This document shows, piece by piece, positions 32,862 through 42,427 of a stretch of DNA of 50,429 nt (positions are counted from its first letter, which is position 1; each line of letters begins with the position of its first letter). The position numbers and the translations under genes are program-made. The notes under the pieces are model-generated. The model saw only the letters and a program-made list of their open reading frames with translations. It ran no database searches and was not told the DNA's origin. The stretch is from a virus (Duplodnaviria > Heunggongvirae > Uroviricota > Caudoviricetes), in the IMG/VR virus record IMGVR_UViG_2663763326_000008, positions 1 to 50,429 of that record. One strand, 5' to 3'.

Positions 32862-33188
32862 ATGGATGCACAAACACGCCGCCGCGAACGTCGCGCAGAG
32901 AAACAGGCTCAATGGAAAGCAGCAAATCCCCTGTTGGTTGGGGTAAGCGCAAAACCAGTTAACCGCCCTATTCTCTCGCTGAATCGCAAACCGAAATCAC
33001 GAGTAGAAAGCGCACTGAATCCGATAGACCTTACAGTGCTGGCTGAATACCACGAACAGATTGAAAGCAGCCTGCAACGTATTGAACGCAAGAATCAGCG
33101 CACATGGTACAGCAAGCCACGCAGTGAAATGGGGGTGACTTGTGTTGGTCGCCAGAAAATGAAATTAGGCAGCAAACCACTTATTTGA
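32862..33188 (+). CDS. N: Antiterminator N
   Basis: MDAQTRRRERRAEKQAQWKAANPLLVGVSAKPVNRPILSLNRKPKSRVESALNPIDLTVLAEYH matches lambda N from memory; C-terminus diverges slightly. Confidence 0.9.
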   Translation: MDAQTRRRERRAEKQAQWKAANPLLVGVSAKPVNRPILSLNRKPKSRVESALNPIDLTVLAEYHEQIESSLQRIERKNQRTWYSKPRSEMGVTCVGRQKMKLGSKPLI

Positions 33189-33196
33189 GGTGAGAT

Positions 33197-33520
33197 ATGG
33201 AAGCATTAGTAGTAGAGCGAAGCGAGGATGGCTACTGGACGCACCCAGAATACGCCAACCTGTTTGGGGATAGAGAGGTAATTTCAGTTGATGAGTTCAG
33301 ATCTTTCTGCAAGCAGCATGGCATTGAATCATCAATTGTTGAAATGGAAAACGACAACAATCAAACGGTAATTGACGCGTATTTTGAAGATGGGAATCCA
33401 AACATCAGTGGATGGGAGCCAAGCATGCCAGATGGAGAAGGATGGTTTGTCGGTTCGATTCACGATACAGAAGACGGTCCGATCTGCGTTTGGTTCAGAA
33501 ATGTAGATAAGGCCGCATAG
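33197..33520 (+). CDS. Hypothetical protein
   Basis: 107-aa acidic ORF downstream of N. Confidence 0.45.
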   Translation: MEALVVERSEDGYWTHPEYANLFGDREVISVDEFRSFCKQHGIESSIVEMENDNNQTVIDAYFEDGNPNISGWEPSMPDGEGWFVGSIHDTEDGPICVWFRNVDKAA

Positions 33521-33533
33521 TCGGCCTTTATTT

Positions 33534-33854
33534 TTGGCACAAACAACAGAGGCTAACATGGAATTTAAAGGTACTGAAGGTAAGTGGGAAATAATGATGG
33601 ATGGCGATGAGATTAAAATCATCCAGGCAGACTCACTTGAAAATGGCGCAGGCTGGCGTTCGTATATTGCAATCTGTGAGGAAGTTCAATGTATTGAAGA
33701 TGCCAATCTAATAGCGGCAGCACCTGACCTTCTCGAAGCACTTCAGTTATTACTTAAGCAAACCAAAAATAGAACAACGACAACATATCCAGAATGGTAT
33801 GGAGCTGTTAATAATGGTCTTGCAGCAATCAGAAAAGCTCTTGGGGAAGAATGA
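33534..33854 (+). CDS. Hypothetical protein
   Basis: 106-aa ORF. Confidence 0.45.
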   Translation: MAQTTEANMEFKGTEGKWEIMMDGDEIKIIQADSLENGAGWRSYIAICEEVQCIEDANLIAAAPDLLEALQLLLKQTKNRTTTTYPEWYGAVNNGLAAIRKALGEE

Positions 33855-34195
33855 TGAATAAGAAATACATCGTTGAAGTTATAGAGCGAGAAACGAAAGA
33901 AGTAATTAAACATTTCGAATTTGATAATTATAGAAAAGCTGACCGCGTAGAAGAGGGATTGTTGCGACAAAGTAATCTCGAAAAATTTGATGTTGTCATG
34001 CGATGCGAATAAGCACCTATAGCAGATTTGCGAGTCTGCTATGTGAGCAATGTCGCTCGTAACTAAACAGGAGCCGACTTGTTCTGATTATTGGAAATCT
34101 TCTTTGCCCTCCAGTGTGAGGGCTTTTTTATATGCATACCAATAACGCTTCACTCGAGGCGTTTTCGTTATGCAATCAAACAGAAGGAGCATCCT

Positions 34196-34366
34196 ATGCA
34201 ACAGTTCGCTATTGCAGGGGCGGCATCGGTTCGCCCTTTCAACCCGATTTTATCGGTACAGCATTCACGAAAAAATATTTTAACCGGAGCAGACTTTAAA
34301 CAACCAAGAATGAAAAGTTTGCTCGAAAAGCTTTGGGATATTTTGAAACAACAAGGCCGTCCATGA
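34196..34366 (+). CDS. cIII: CIII-like protease inhibitor
   Basis: MQQFAIAGAASVRPF...SLLEKLWDILKQ resembles lambda CIII MQYAIAG... from memory; start at internal Met of track ORF. Confidence 0.5.
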   Translation: MQQFAIAGAASVRPFNPILSVQHSRKNILTGADFKQPRMKSLLEKLWDILKQQGRP

Positions 34367-34447
34367 GTTTTACAGATAACTGGTCAGACGAAGAATTCAT
34401 TCGTCAGATGAAAGAAATGCTCAATCAGCACAAAGAACAGGAGAAAG

Positions 34448-34759
34448 ATGATGATTCTGACTCTGAATGATAAGCGTGAAATATCGCAAATTATCGCAAG
34501 TTTTACTGATGAAGATTACGAGCGAATCAACAGTGAAGTTGATCGCCTCTGCAAACGTTGCGACCCAATAAGCGAAATGCTTCGCTCATATAAACCAGAT
34601 GAACACACTAAGGACGCTATCGACTGGCTGGAAGATGATGACTGTGACTATCAGGAAAAAGCCGCTGAATGGTTCTGGGATGCAATAACCGAAAGAGTTA
34701 AGGCTGAATATGCCTTCGCAATATTCAAGCGCAGACACATTTTTGGAGAAGCAGCATGA
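34448..34759 (+). CDS. Hypothetical protein
   Basis: 103-aa acidic ORF upstream of recT. Confidence 0.4.
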   Translation: MMILTLNDKREISQIIASFTDEDYERINSEVDRLCKRCDPISEMLRSYKPDEHTKDAIDWLEDDDCDYQEKAAEWFWDAITERVKAEYAFAIFKRRHIFGEAA

Positions 34760-35667
34760 GCAATATCGTTGAATTCGTTAAACAGCAGGAGCAGTTATTC
34801 TGCGGAGCATTGACTGAACAGACGGTGACATGGGCTAAGGAAAGCCAGTTTGCAATTCAGTATTTCCAGAAAAACGATTACCTGGCTAAAACAGCACTGG
34901 CAAATCCAACCAGCGCACAGAACGCCATCATCAATGTTGCGGCGATCGGCATCACCTTAAACCCGGCCAGCAAACTGGCTTATCTGGTTCCTCGCGACGG
35001 CATGGTGTGCCTTGATATCAGTTATATGGGATTGCTCCATATTGCAATGGAGTCTGGTGTTATCTCATGGGGTCAGGCAAAACTTGTTCATGCTAACGAT
35101 ACCTATGAGTCAAACGGGCTTGATAAAGCACCAACCCATAAATACAACGCCTTCGGTGATCGTGGTGATATCGTTGGCGTTTACTGCACAGTTAAGACGC
35201 CAGCAGGTGATTATCTAACGGAAGAGATGAGTCTGGCTGAAATTGAGGCTGTAAGGAAAACAAGCAAGGCGGCATTCAGCGATAAAGGACCATGGGTAAA
35301 TCACTGGAATGAGATGGCGCGAAAGACGGTCGTAAAGCGTGCAAGCAAGTATTGGCCTAAGGCATCACGTCTTGATAGTGCTATTCACGTACTAAACGAA
35401 GAAGAAGGTGTGTGGACTGAACCAGTTATGCCGCACAAATCAGAGGAAGATATCCGCGAAGATGAACGGAAACGCCAGCAGGAAATAATGGAAAAAGCAC
35501 AACTTCTTTGTGATGAAATGGCTCAGGCTGAAAAAATGGATGATTTGAAGAGATATTTTGCAGAAGCATATCGCCTGACATCTGGAATGAAATTGCAGCA
35601 GAACATACAAGCCATTTACATAGAATGCAAAGCGAAACTGGAGGTTGCCAGTGAGCAAACTGTATGA
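34756..35667 (+). CDS. recT: RecT-family single-strand annealing recombinase
   Basis: 303 aa; GPWVNHWNEMARKTVVKRASKYWP resembles Rac RecT GPWVTHWEEMAKKTAIRR from memory. Confidence 0.8.
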   Translation: MSNIVEFVKQQEQLFCGALTEQTVTWAKESQFAIQYFQKNDYLAKTALANPTSAQNAIINVAAIGITLNPASKLAYLVPRDGMVCLDISYMGLLHIAMESGVISWGQAKLVHANDTYESNGLDKAPTHKYNAFGDRGDIVGVYCTVKTPAGDYLTEEMSLAEIEAVRKTSKAAFSDKGPWVNHWNEMARKTVVKRASKYWPKASRLDSAIHVLNEEEGVWTEPVMPHKSEEDIREDERKRQQEIMEKAQLLCDEMAQAEKMDDLKRYFAEAYRLTSGMKLQQNIQAIYIECKAKLEVASEQTV

Positions 35668-36133
35668 AATAGCCAATGAATACGCAAAATTGATGGATTC
35701 AGATTTAGAACCAGAGATGATTGCTGACACAATAGAAGGCATGGAAGGAGAATTTACCGATAAAATAGAGCAACTTCTTTCCGTCATTAAAAATGAATCT
35801 GGTTATGCTGAACGCCTCAAGGAAGAGGCAAAGTCACTTAATGAGCGAGCCGCAGTAATCCAAAATAAGATTGACAGCATCAAATCATATATAGCGTCAT
35901 CGCTTGAAATGGTTGGCAAGAAAAATATTCGAGCAGGTATTCACCAGGTAACAATCCGCAAACCGTCAGAAATTGTAGAAATAATCGACTCAAGCGCCCT
36001 TCCTCCTGAATACGTTGAGTTTGAAACGACAATTAAAGCCGACAAACTGGCAATCAAACACCAACTAAAAGCAGGAATAAATATCCCCGGCGCTCAACTC
36101 AAAGTTGGGAAACCTTCACTTCTTATCAAATAA
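35645..36133 (+). CDS. Hypothetical coiled-coil protein (recombination-module partner)
   Basis: 162 aa immediately after recT, overlapping its stop. Confidence 0.4.
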   Translation: MPVSKLYEIANEYAKLMDSDLEPEMIADTIEGMEGEFTDKIEQLLSVIKNESGYAERLKEEAKSLNERAAVIQNKIDSIKSYIASSLEMVGKKNIRAGIHQVTIRKPSEIVEIIDSSALPPEYVEFETTIKADKLAIKHQLKAGINIPGAQLKVGKPSLLIK

Positions 36134-36144
36134 CGGTATCGCCT

Positions 36145-36459
36145 ATGAAAAAGACTCCATGGGAGAAATGGGAAGTCGATTTCTTGCGCGAGGTAGCGGC
36201 GACAATGCCAGTTGAAGTTATCGCAGAAAAACTGGAAAGGACTGAAAAAGCAGTAATGGCGAAAGCAACAAGGATTGGCGCTGACATTGTTAGCCGACTT
36301 CGTGGAAGACGCTGGACAAGAGCCGAAGTATCACTTTTCGGTAAGTTCTCCGCAGAAGAAATAGCAATTGCAACCTGCCGCTCAATTTATTCAGTAAGAG
36401 CTATGCGATACAAGCTAAAAAAACTCGATGAAGAAAGAGCAGGCATACGAATAAATTAA
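36145..36459 (+). CDS. Hypothetical protein
   Basis: 104-aa ORF. Confidence 0.4.
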   Translation: MKKTPWEKWEVDFLREVAATMPVEVIAEKLERTEKAVMAKATRIGADIVSRLRGRRWTRAEVSLFGKFSAEEIAIATCRSIYSVRAMRYKLKKLDEERAGIRIN

Positions 36460-36475
36460 CATGGAATAATTAACA

Positions 36476-36757
36476 ATGAAGCTAAACATCGACCTCGGAA
36501 AATACGTTATTACCGGAACCAAACACGACCTGATTCTTAGCGAAAGAGGAATTATCAAAGAAGGCGAGAATGCAGGGAAAGAAACACTAAGTCGTATCGG
36601 TTATTACAGCAAGTTTGAGCATCTGGTTAAAGAGTTATGCAACCGTGAAATCCTGTTATCTCAGGCGCAGACGCTACAGGATATTCAGCAGCATATCGAG
36701 ACTTTAGGTGTATCACTTAGCATGGCTGTTGACCAGTTCATGGAGAGTAAATCATGA
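36476..36757 (+). CDS. Hypothetical protein
   Basis: 93-aa ORF. Confidence 0.4.
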   Translation: MKLNIDLGKYVITGTKHDLILSERGIIKEGENAGKETLSRIGYYSKFEHLVKELCNREILLSQAQTLQDIQQHIETLGVSLSMAVDQFMESKS

Positions 36758-36917
36758 GAGGACTTGCATACAATCCCGGCATTCTTCCGGCAGAAATGAT
36801 TATTCGCCAACGCGTAAAGCCAATGCCATCGAGAGAGGAATTGCTTAAGCGAAACTCGTTTCCATCAGTGAATCAGAACAAATATCTGAATGCGATGTGG
36901 CGTAAAGGAGGCAAACA

Positions 36918-37166
36918 GTGAGCAATTCAGCACGACTACAGCTTGGTTTTTCACCGCTATCAAAAACAATCGTGTTGGCAAAAATGCGTGACTTAGGGGA
37001 TGGAACAAAACGTCGTGTCGGCAATGATCGCGGTCGCGATGTAACCAACGAGGCCGCACAACTCGTTTGGCATCTAGTCATGGCTGAAGGCGGTGAAATT
37101 AATTGGGAGCTGGATGATGGTTCTCGCATGGTATTGAAGGCAGAAAAGCAGGAGCCTCCACAGTGA
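36918..37166 (+). CDS. Hypothetical protein (apparent GTG start)
   Basis: 82-aa ORF, no in-frame ATG at start. Confidence 0.3.
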   Translation: MSNSARLQLGFSPLSKTIVLAKMRDLGDGTKRRVGNDRGRDVTNEAAQLVWHLVMAEGGEINWELDDGSRMVLKAEKQEPPQ

Positions 37167-37438
37167 ATATCGACACCACGATAACGATCGATACGGCCCT
37201 AAATACCGGACTGGCACTTCTCGGTTGGCTTTACATCATGTCCAGTACATGGCGATGGCTGGGTTCCATTTTCCTAAAACAGTGGAAAAAACGGCGCAAA
37301 CAGGAACTACGCCAGAAGGCATTAGAAGCGTTCTATGACGCATTTGAACTTAGCCGCATAGAACCAGGCACAACAGCCAGGATAGCGACAAAAGGCGACC
37401 TGATGATAGTGATGTTCAGACAGGAGAAAACAAAATGA
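37163..37438 (+). CDS. Hypothetical protein with one hydrophobic segment
   Basis: 91 aa; GLALLGWLYIMSS segment. Confidence 0.35.
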   Translation: MNIDTTITIDTALNTGLALLGWLYIMSSTWRWLGSIFLKQWKKRRKQELRQKALEAFYDAFELSRIEPGTTARIATKGDLMIVMFRQEKTK

Positions 37439-37659
37439 CAGAACAGACGATGACAAATCGCGAACTTGTTGATGCCGCGATTGAACTTGCTGGCGATTTT
37501 TATTCCATGATGGGTTACGAGCATCGACCTGGTTTTAAGTATTGGGAGTCACCGCATCCGCAAGAACAACAGGTGTTTGAAATGGCTTGCCGTGCTTTTG
37601 AGGTTATTCGCGGTTCTGATGTGATGGACGCCGTTGCCGACTTGGAGGATGAAGAGTGA
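37435..37659 (+). CDS. Hypothetical protein
   Basis: 74-aa acidic ORF. Confidence 0.35.
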   Translation: MTEQTMTNRELVDAAIELAGDFYSMMGYEHRPGFKYWESPHPQEQQVFEMACRAFEVIRGSDVMDAVADLEDEE

Positions 37660-38285
37660 GCGAGATTAACTATCAGGCACTGCGTGAAAAGGCAGAAAAA
37701 GCAACGTGGGGAGACTGGGACTCATATAAACCACACCGTGGCGCACGTGGTTATAAGGTCCGACTAAGTGGTCAGGCCATTGCGCAACACGTTCTGAAAA
37801 ACAACGCTGAATTTATTGCTGCCTTTAATCCAAAGGTTGCTTTGGCATTACTGGATGAACTGGAAAGAAACCAGCAATACATCAAACGCCGTGACCAGGA
37901 GAACGAGGATATTGCGCTAACGGTAGGGAAGCTGCGTGTTGAGCTGGAAGCCGCAGAGAAGCGCAACGCAAAATTACAAAGCGAGAATGCATACATCCGC
38001 AACCGGTACAAAGAACTGGACCTGTTAATCGGGAAAAACATTCTGGTCATGCAGGCTGCGATTATCGAATGGCAGGCAACTGGCGACGCTAAGAGCGGAC
38101 TGGCATGGATTTATAACACACTGTTTGGCCCAGGCGAATTGCCGGACGAATCTGAGAAAGATGCTCAGGCCTACTTTAATCGCAAATATGCACCGATTGA
38201 CGAAAAGCTTATGGAGCTTCACAAGTGGTTTTGGGAACAAAGTAAAGCCGAGCGCGCCGCTGGCATTCGCATCAAAGGAGAGTGA
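37656..38285 (+). CDS. Ea22-like early-region protein
   Basis: 209 aa; N-terminal INYQALREKAEKAT motif and coiled coil typical of lambdoid ead/Ea22-like proteins as I recall them. Confidence 0.45.
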   Translation: MSEINYQALREKAEKATWGDWDSYKPHRGARGYKVRLSGQAIAQHVLKNNAEFIAAFNPKVALALLDELERNQQYIKRRDQENEDIALTVGKLRVELEAAEKRNAKLQSENAYIRNRYKELDLLIGKNILVMQAAIIEWQATGDAKSGLAWIYNTLFGPGELPDESEKDAQAYFNRKYAPIDEKLMELHKWFWEQSKAERAAGIRIKGE

Positions 38286-38423
38286 GGATGTTCAATAATT
38301 TGCCTGGTACTGGTTTTTTCGTTGTTTTCGGTGTCATTTGCGCCGTTATTGGCTGGGCAGTTATTGAGTCCATTCTTTGGCTGCTTTCTTTCATTCACAT
38401 AACTATTGGTTGAGAACTGATCC

Positions 38424-39278
38424 ATGACCACTTTAACCGACAAAGAACTGATTAAAGAAATCAAAGAGCGAATCGGTAGCCTGGACGTGCGAGACAATAT
38501 TGAGCGTCGGGCTTATGAAATTGCTCTGGCATCGCTGGAAGCAGAGGCAGTTATGTTCTGTATATCAGGACAAAATGTAGATTCAGAAGAACATGTATCA
38601 ACCAGCAAAGCGGTTGTTGATGCCTGGGTTGAAGAATGGAATCAGGTTGACGGAAGTCCTGGCGAACCACTGTACAAAACTATGCCACTCTACTATCACG
38701 CTGCCTTGCCAGCGCCGGTAGTGCCGGAAGAAGCAACTCCGGAAAACGTAGAAATGCTCTCTGGCTATGTTTCCACGTACAAATTAACCGATAGCGAGCG
38801 CGATATTGCTGCCGAAATATGGAACGCCTGCCGCGCCACCATGCTTCATGGTGCCGAACCTGCAAGTAATCATGAAGAGTTGCCACTTGATTATCTCCAA
38901 GGTCAAAAAGATGGTCTTGAATGGGCTGCGCAGCTTGCAGAAGCAAATCACCCACAAACTGGCGACTGGCTTTACGATGACCCGCTGGAGCTGGCTAAAG
39001 CTATCAGAAAAGGTCCTGACATGCCCGAATTCGATGGACCAACTCCGGTAACTCTGGATGGTTGGATAAGCTGTAGTGAGCGAATGCCTGAGAACATTCC
39101 CGGAAGTTGTAAAGAGTATCTGGTGTTTGATGGGCTTAATAATAAAGTTCATCACGATTACTGGGTTGTCCCTGATGGAGACAGTGCGCCAGTTGCGTCG
39201 TTCTGGAATCATTACGGGGCACATGTAACTCACTGGATGCCTCTACCAGAACCGCCGAAGGAGGTTAACCGTGGCTAA
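38424..39278 (+). CDS. Hypothetical protein with DUF551-like C-terminus
   Basis: 284 aa; C-terminal WISCSERMPE...THWMPLPEPP pattern common in lambdoid early-left regions. Confidence 0.5.
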   Translation: MTTLTDKELIKEIKERIGSLDVRDNIERRAYEIALASLEAEAVMFCISGQNVDSEEHVSTSKAVVDAWVEEWNQVDGSPGEPLYKTMPLYYHAALPAPVVPEEATPENVEMLSGYVSTYKLTDSERDIAAEIWNACRATMLHGAEPASNHEELPLDYLQGQKDGLEWAAQLAEANHPQTGDWLYDDPLELAKAIRKGPDMPEFDGPTPVTLDGWISCSERMPENIPGSCKEYLVFDGLNNKVHHDYWVVPDGDSAPVASFWNHYGAHVTHWMPLPEPPKEVNRG

Positions 39279-39555
39279 CCTGCAACTTGCCGTTAAAGGT
39301 GAATACTTCGATGCCATGATTCGCGGGGAGAAAACGGAAGAGTATCGCCTGTGTAATGACTACTGGAATAAGCGCCTCGTTAACCGTAAGTATTACCGCC
39401 TGATTATCACAAAGGGATATCCGAAGCGCGAAGACTTCAGTCGCAGAATTGACGTCCCGTATAACGGATATGAAATAAAGACAATCACACATCCGCACTT
39501 CGGTGATAAACCGGTAAAGGTGTTCGCGATAAAGGTAAATATCGGCAATAAATAA
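39271..39555 (+). CDS. Hypothetical protein
   Basis: 94-aa ORF. Confidence 0.4.
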   Translation: MANLQLAVKGEYFDAMIRGEKTEEYRLCNDYWNKRLVNRKYYRLIITKGYPKREDFSRRIDVPYNGYEIKTITHPHFGDKPVKVFAIKVNIGNK

Positions 39556-39627
39556 CAATCCTCGCACTCGCGGGGATTTCTTTTATCTGAACTCGCTACG
39601 GCGGGTTTTGTTTTATGGAGATGATAA

Positions 39628-39846
39628 ATGTACTTCCGGGTCACAGGTGAATGGAATGGAGAGCCATTCAACAGAGTTATCGAAGCAGAGAACATCAATG
39701 ACTGCTATGACCACTGGATGCTGTGGGCGCAGATAGCACATGCAGACGTAACCAATATTCGAATTGAAGAACTGAAAAACACCAAGCCGCCTGATGGCGG
39801 TTTTTTATTGCCTGATTTGCAGGTTCGATTCCCTATTCGGAGATAG
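39628..39846 (+). CDS. Hypothetical protein
   Basis: 72-aa ORF. Confidence 0.35.
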   Translation: MYFRVTGEWNGEPFNRVIEAENINDCYDHWMLWAQIAHADVTNIRIEELKNTKPPDGGFLLPDLQVRFPIRR

Positions 39847-39851
39847 CACTC

Positions 39852-40052
39852 ATGCAACACGAACTACAACCTGATTCACTGGTTGATTTGAAATTCATCA
39901 TGGCTGATACTGGCTTTGGTAAGACCTTCATCTATGACCGGATTAAGTCCGGAGACCTGCCTAAAGCCAAAGTTATCCACGGGCGAGCAAGATGGTTATA
40001 TCGTGACCATTGTGAATTCAAAAATAAGCTCTTAAGCCGCGCCAATGGGTAA
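39852..40052 (+). CDS. AlpA-family HTH protein / putative excisionase
   Basis: 66 aa; HTH-like ADTGFGKTFIYDRIKSGDLP; immediately upstream of integrase. Confidence 0.6.
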   Translation: MQHELQPDSLVDLKFIMADTGFGKTFIYDRIKSGDLPKAKVIHGRARWLYRDHCEFKNKLLSRANG

Positions 40053-40300
40053 AATAGCGGGTAAAATATTTTTCACATCTAAAAAACACCATTCCAATCA
40101 ATCCCCTGCCGCCTCAAGTAGATGTCTGCAGGGGACACCATGAACACTTCTCACTAAGTTCAATTAATTCCATAACTCACTGTTTTAACTGATATCATCT
40201 CCTTATACTCGTCCAGCAAAGTACCATTATTTCTAATGGAATCTATACATCTTTGCGTATAACATTGTGTATAACTGAGTTCGATCTTTTTTCTATACAC

Positions 40301-41476
40301 ATGCTGCTATCTGACATCCAAATAAAAAGAGCAAAACCGAAGGACAAACCCTATACGCTTAACGATGGTATGGGGCTATCACTCCTGATCGACACAGCGG
40401 GCAGTAAAGGCTGGCGTTTTCGCTATCGCTTTGCAGGTAAGCCTAAGATGATTTCCTTTGGCGTATATGGCGATGTGTCGTTGGCACAGGCACGTACCAA
40501 ACGTGATGAAGCGCGTTCGATGTTAGCCAACGGGATAAACCCAAGTGAAGCCAGAAAAGCAGATAAGATTGCTTTGCAGTTCGCGCATGAGAACAGCTTT
40601 GAGTCTGTGGCCAGAGAATGGCACTCATCGAAAAAAGCCACCTGGTCAGAGGGTTATGCAAAAGAGGTTCTCAATTGTATGGAAAAGGATATTTTTCCTT
40701 TTATCGGCCAGCGCCCAATTGAGCAGATTGAACCATTAGAACTGCTAACCGTCCTGCAAAAAATAGAGAAAAGAGGTGCGCTAGAGCAAACCAGTAAGAT
40801 CCGCCGCCGCTGTGGTGAAGTGCTTCGTTATGCTGTTGCCACTGGTAGAGCAAAGTATAATTTTGCACCCGATTTAGCTATCGCACTCAACAAACCTAAA
40901 ACCCAACACTTCCCGTTCCTGACTGAAAGCGAGTTGCCCGAGTTCGTTAATGCTCTGGATAACTATCAGGGCAGTTTAGTTACCAAATACGCCACGCAGC
41001 TGTTGATGCTAACAGGCGTGCGAACAATTGAACTACGTGCAGCGGAATGGGCTGAGTTTGATTTAGATAATGCCTTATGGGAGATCCCCAAAGAACGGAT
41101 GAAGAAACGCCGCCCCCATCTGGTTCCGTTATCAACTCAGGCGATCAATATCCTGAAAAAGCTGCAAGAAATAACAGGGAATTACAGCCTCGTTTTCCCT
41201 GGCCGGAATGACGTCAGTAAACCAATGAGCGAAGCCAGCATCAACAAAGTGATAAAACTACTGGGTTATCACGGTCGGTTAACGGGTCACGGTTTCAGGC
41301 ATACCATGAGCACCATCTTGCATGAGCATGGGTTTGAAAGTGCCTGGATTGAAATGCAGCTTGCGCATGTTGATAAGAACTCTATTCGAGGTACTTACAA
41401 TCATGCGCAATATATTAAAGATCGACAAGTAATGATGGAATGGTACGCTAGCTTATTAAATACGACCTGCTATTAA
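40301..41476 (+). CDS. int: Tyrosine integrase, P4/CP4-57 type (paralog of 1..1158)
   Basis: Start taken at MLLSDIQIKRAKPKDKPY; shares RRRCGEV.RYA..TGRAKYN.APDLA and HGFRH motifs with the first integrase. Confidence 0.9.
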   Translation: MLLSDIQIKRAKPKDKPYTLNDGMGLSLLIDTAGSKGWRFRYRFAGKPKMISFGVYGDVSLAQARTKRDEARSMLANGINPSEARKADKIALQFAHENSFESVAREWHSSKKATWSEGYAKEVLNCMEKDIFPFIGQRPIEQIEPLELLTVLQKIEKRGALEQTSKIRRRCGEVLRYAVATGRAKYNFAPDLAIALNKPKTQHFPFLTESELPEFVNALDNYQGSLVTKYATQLLMLTGVRTIELRAAEWAEFDLDNALWEIPKERMKKRRPHLVPLSTQAINILKKLQEITGNYSLVFPGRNDVSKPMSEASINKVIKLLGYHGRLTGHGFRHTMSTILHEHGFESAWIEMQLAHVDKNSIRGTYNHAQYIKDRQVMMEWYASLLNTTCY

Positions 41477-42406
41477 ATCCAGCATGAAACAAATATGGTG
41501 AGTAATTTGATACTGTTTGTTTTTTGGCAACCCAGGGAAATGCCTTACAGTTGGTTGACTATTGTAATAATAATAGTTAAGACCAATGTTGCTGCCAAAC
41601 TGGGTTGGATGTTGGGGAACAAGATTTGTAATTTGATCTGAAACATCTAAAAATTTTGCAGTAACATTTGAACTTCCTCGTTGCGTGTTGCTTGATACAA
41701 AATGACGAATCCAAACTGTATTCGCTTGTAAATTCTTGAACACCAAATGTGCGGCAACAGCAGAAGGTTGACCACCTCCAAGATCTAGTACCTGGCCAGT
41801 AATTGTATAATCGCCAAATCCTAAGTAATTTTGTCCCACGAATTGATGTGCGTGCGTGAAAAGTTCCGGCCCATTATAATCAGCATTTTTTGCTAACTTT
41901 CTAAAGTTATCGCTAATAATAATTAACTTCGACAAAGGAAGAAGAGCGCACTGATTAGGAAGCATTTTATTATTTAAAACAACATGATAACTAATCAATT
42001 GATTTGTCGCCAACAACTGAATATCAGAGTTGGATAATGATGGATTATCATATAGAAGTGCAACTCGTCTATTTAAGTTAGCATTCAACCAATTATTAAT
42101 ATCATTAATCGTTGTATTGGGCTGAATAAGATATCCAGAGATGATATTATTTTTATTTGTTAATACACTTGATAAATTTTGATTTAAAGTTAAGACGTTA
42201 TTGTGTGAAGAAAAATCTTCCTGATAAGGATTAAGGATAACAATTATGTCAGAATTCCAAACATTTAAACATGTTAATAAATTTCTCGTATTGACGTTAA
42301 TTGGTTCTAAAATTGGTAGCAGACCATTTAGGCTAACTCCCTTCGCAACGAGGTCCCTAAGGCATAATAACTCTGTACTTCTCGCATACAAATATGGGCT
42401 ATACAT
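41456..42406 (-). CDS. Hypothetical 316-aa protein, AT-rich cargo gene (second gene of two-gene operon)
   Basis: Asn/Leu-rich, low-GC codon usage; 21-nt spacing after upstream gene; 3' end overlaps integrase 3' end by about 21 nt; no motif recognised. Confidence 0.55.
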   Translation of the reverse strand: MYSPYLYARSTELLCLRDLVAKGVSLNGLLPILEPINVNTRNLLTCLNVWNSDIIVILNPYQEDFSSHNNVLTLNQNLSSVLTNKNNIISGYLIQPNTTINDINNWLNANLNRRVALLYDNPSLSNSDIQLLATNQLISYHVVLNNKMLPNQCALLPLSKLIIISDNFRKLAKNADYNGPELFTHAHQFVGQNYLGFGDYTITGQVLDLGGGQPSAVAAHLVFKNLQANTVWIRHFVSSNTQRGSSNVTAKFLDVSDQITNLVPQHPTQFGSNIGLNYYYYNSQPTVRHFPGLPKNKQYQITHHICFMLDLIAGRI

Positions 42407-42427
42407 AACTTACAACTCCTGAGGATA

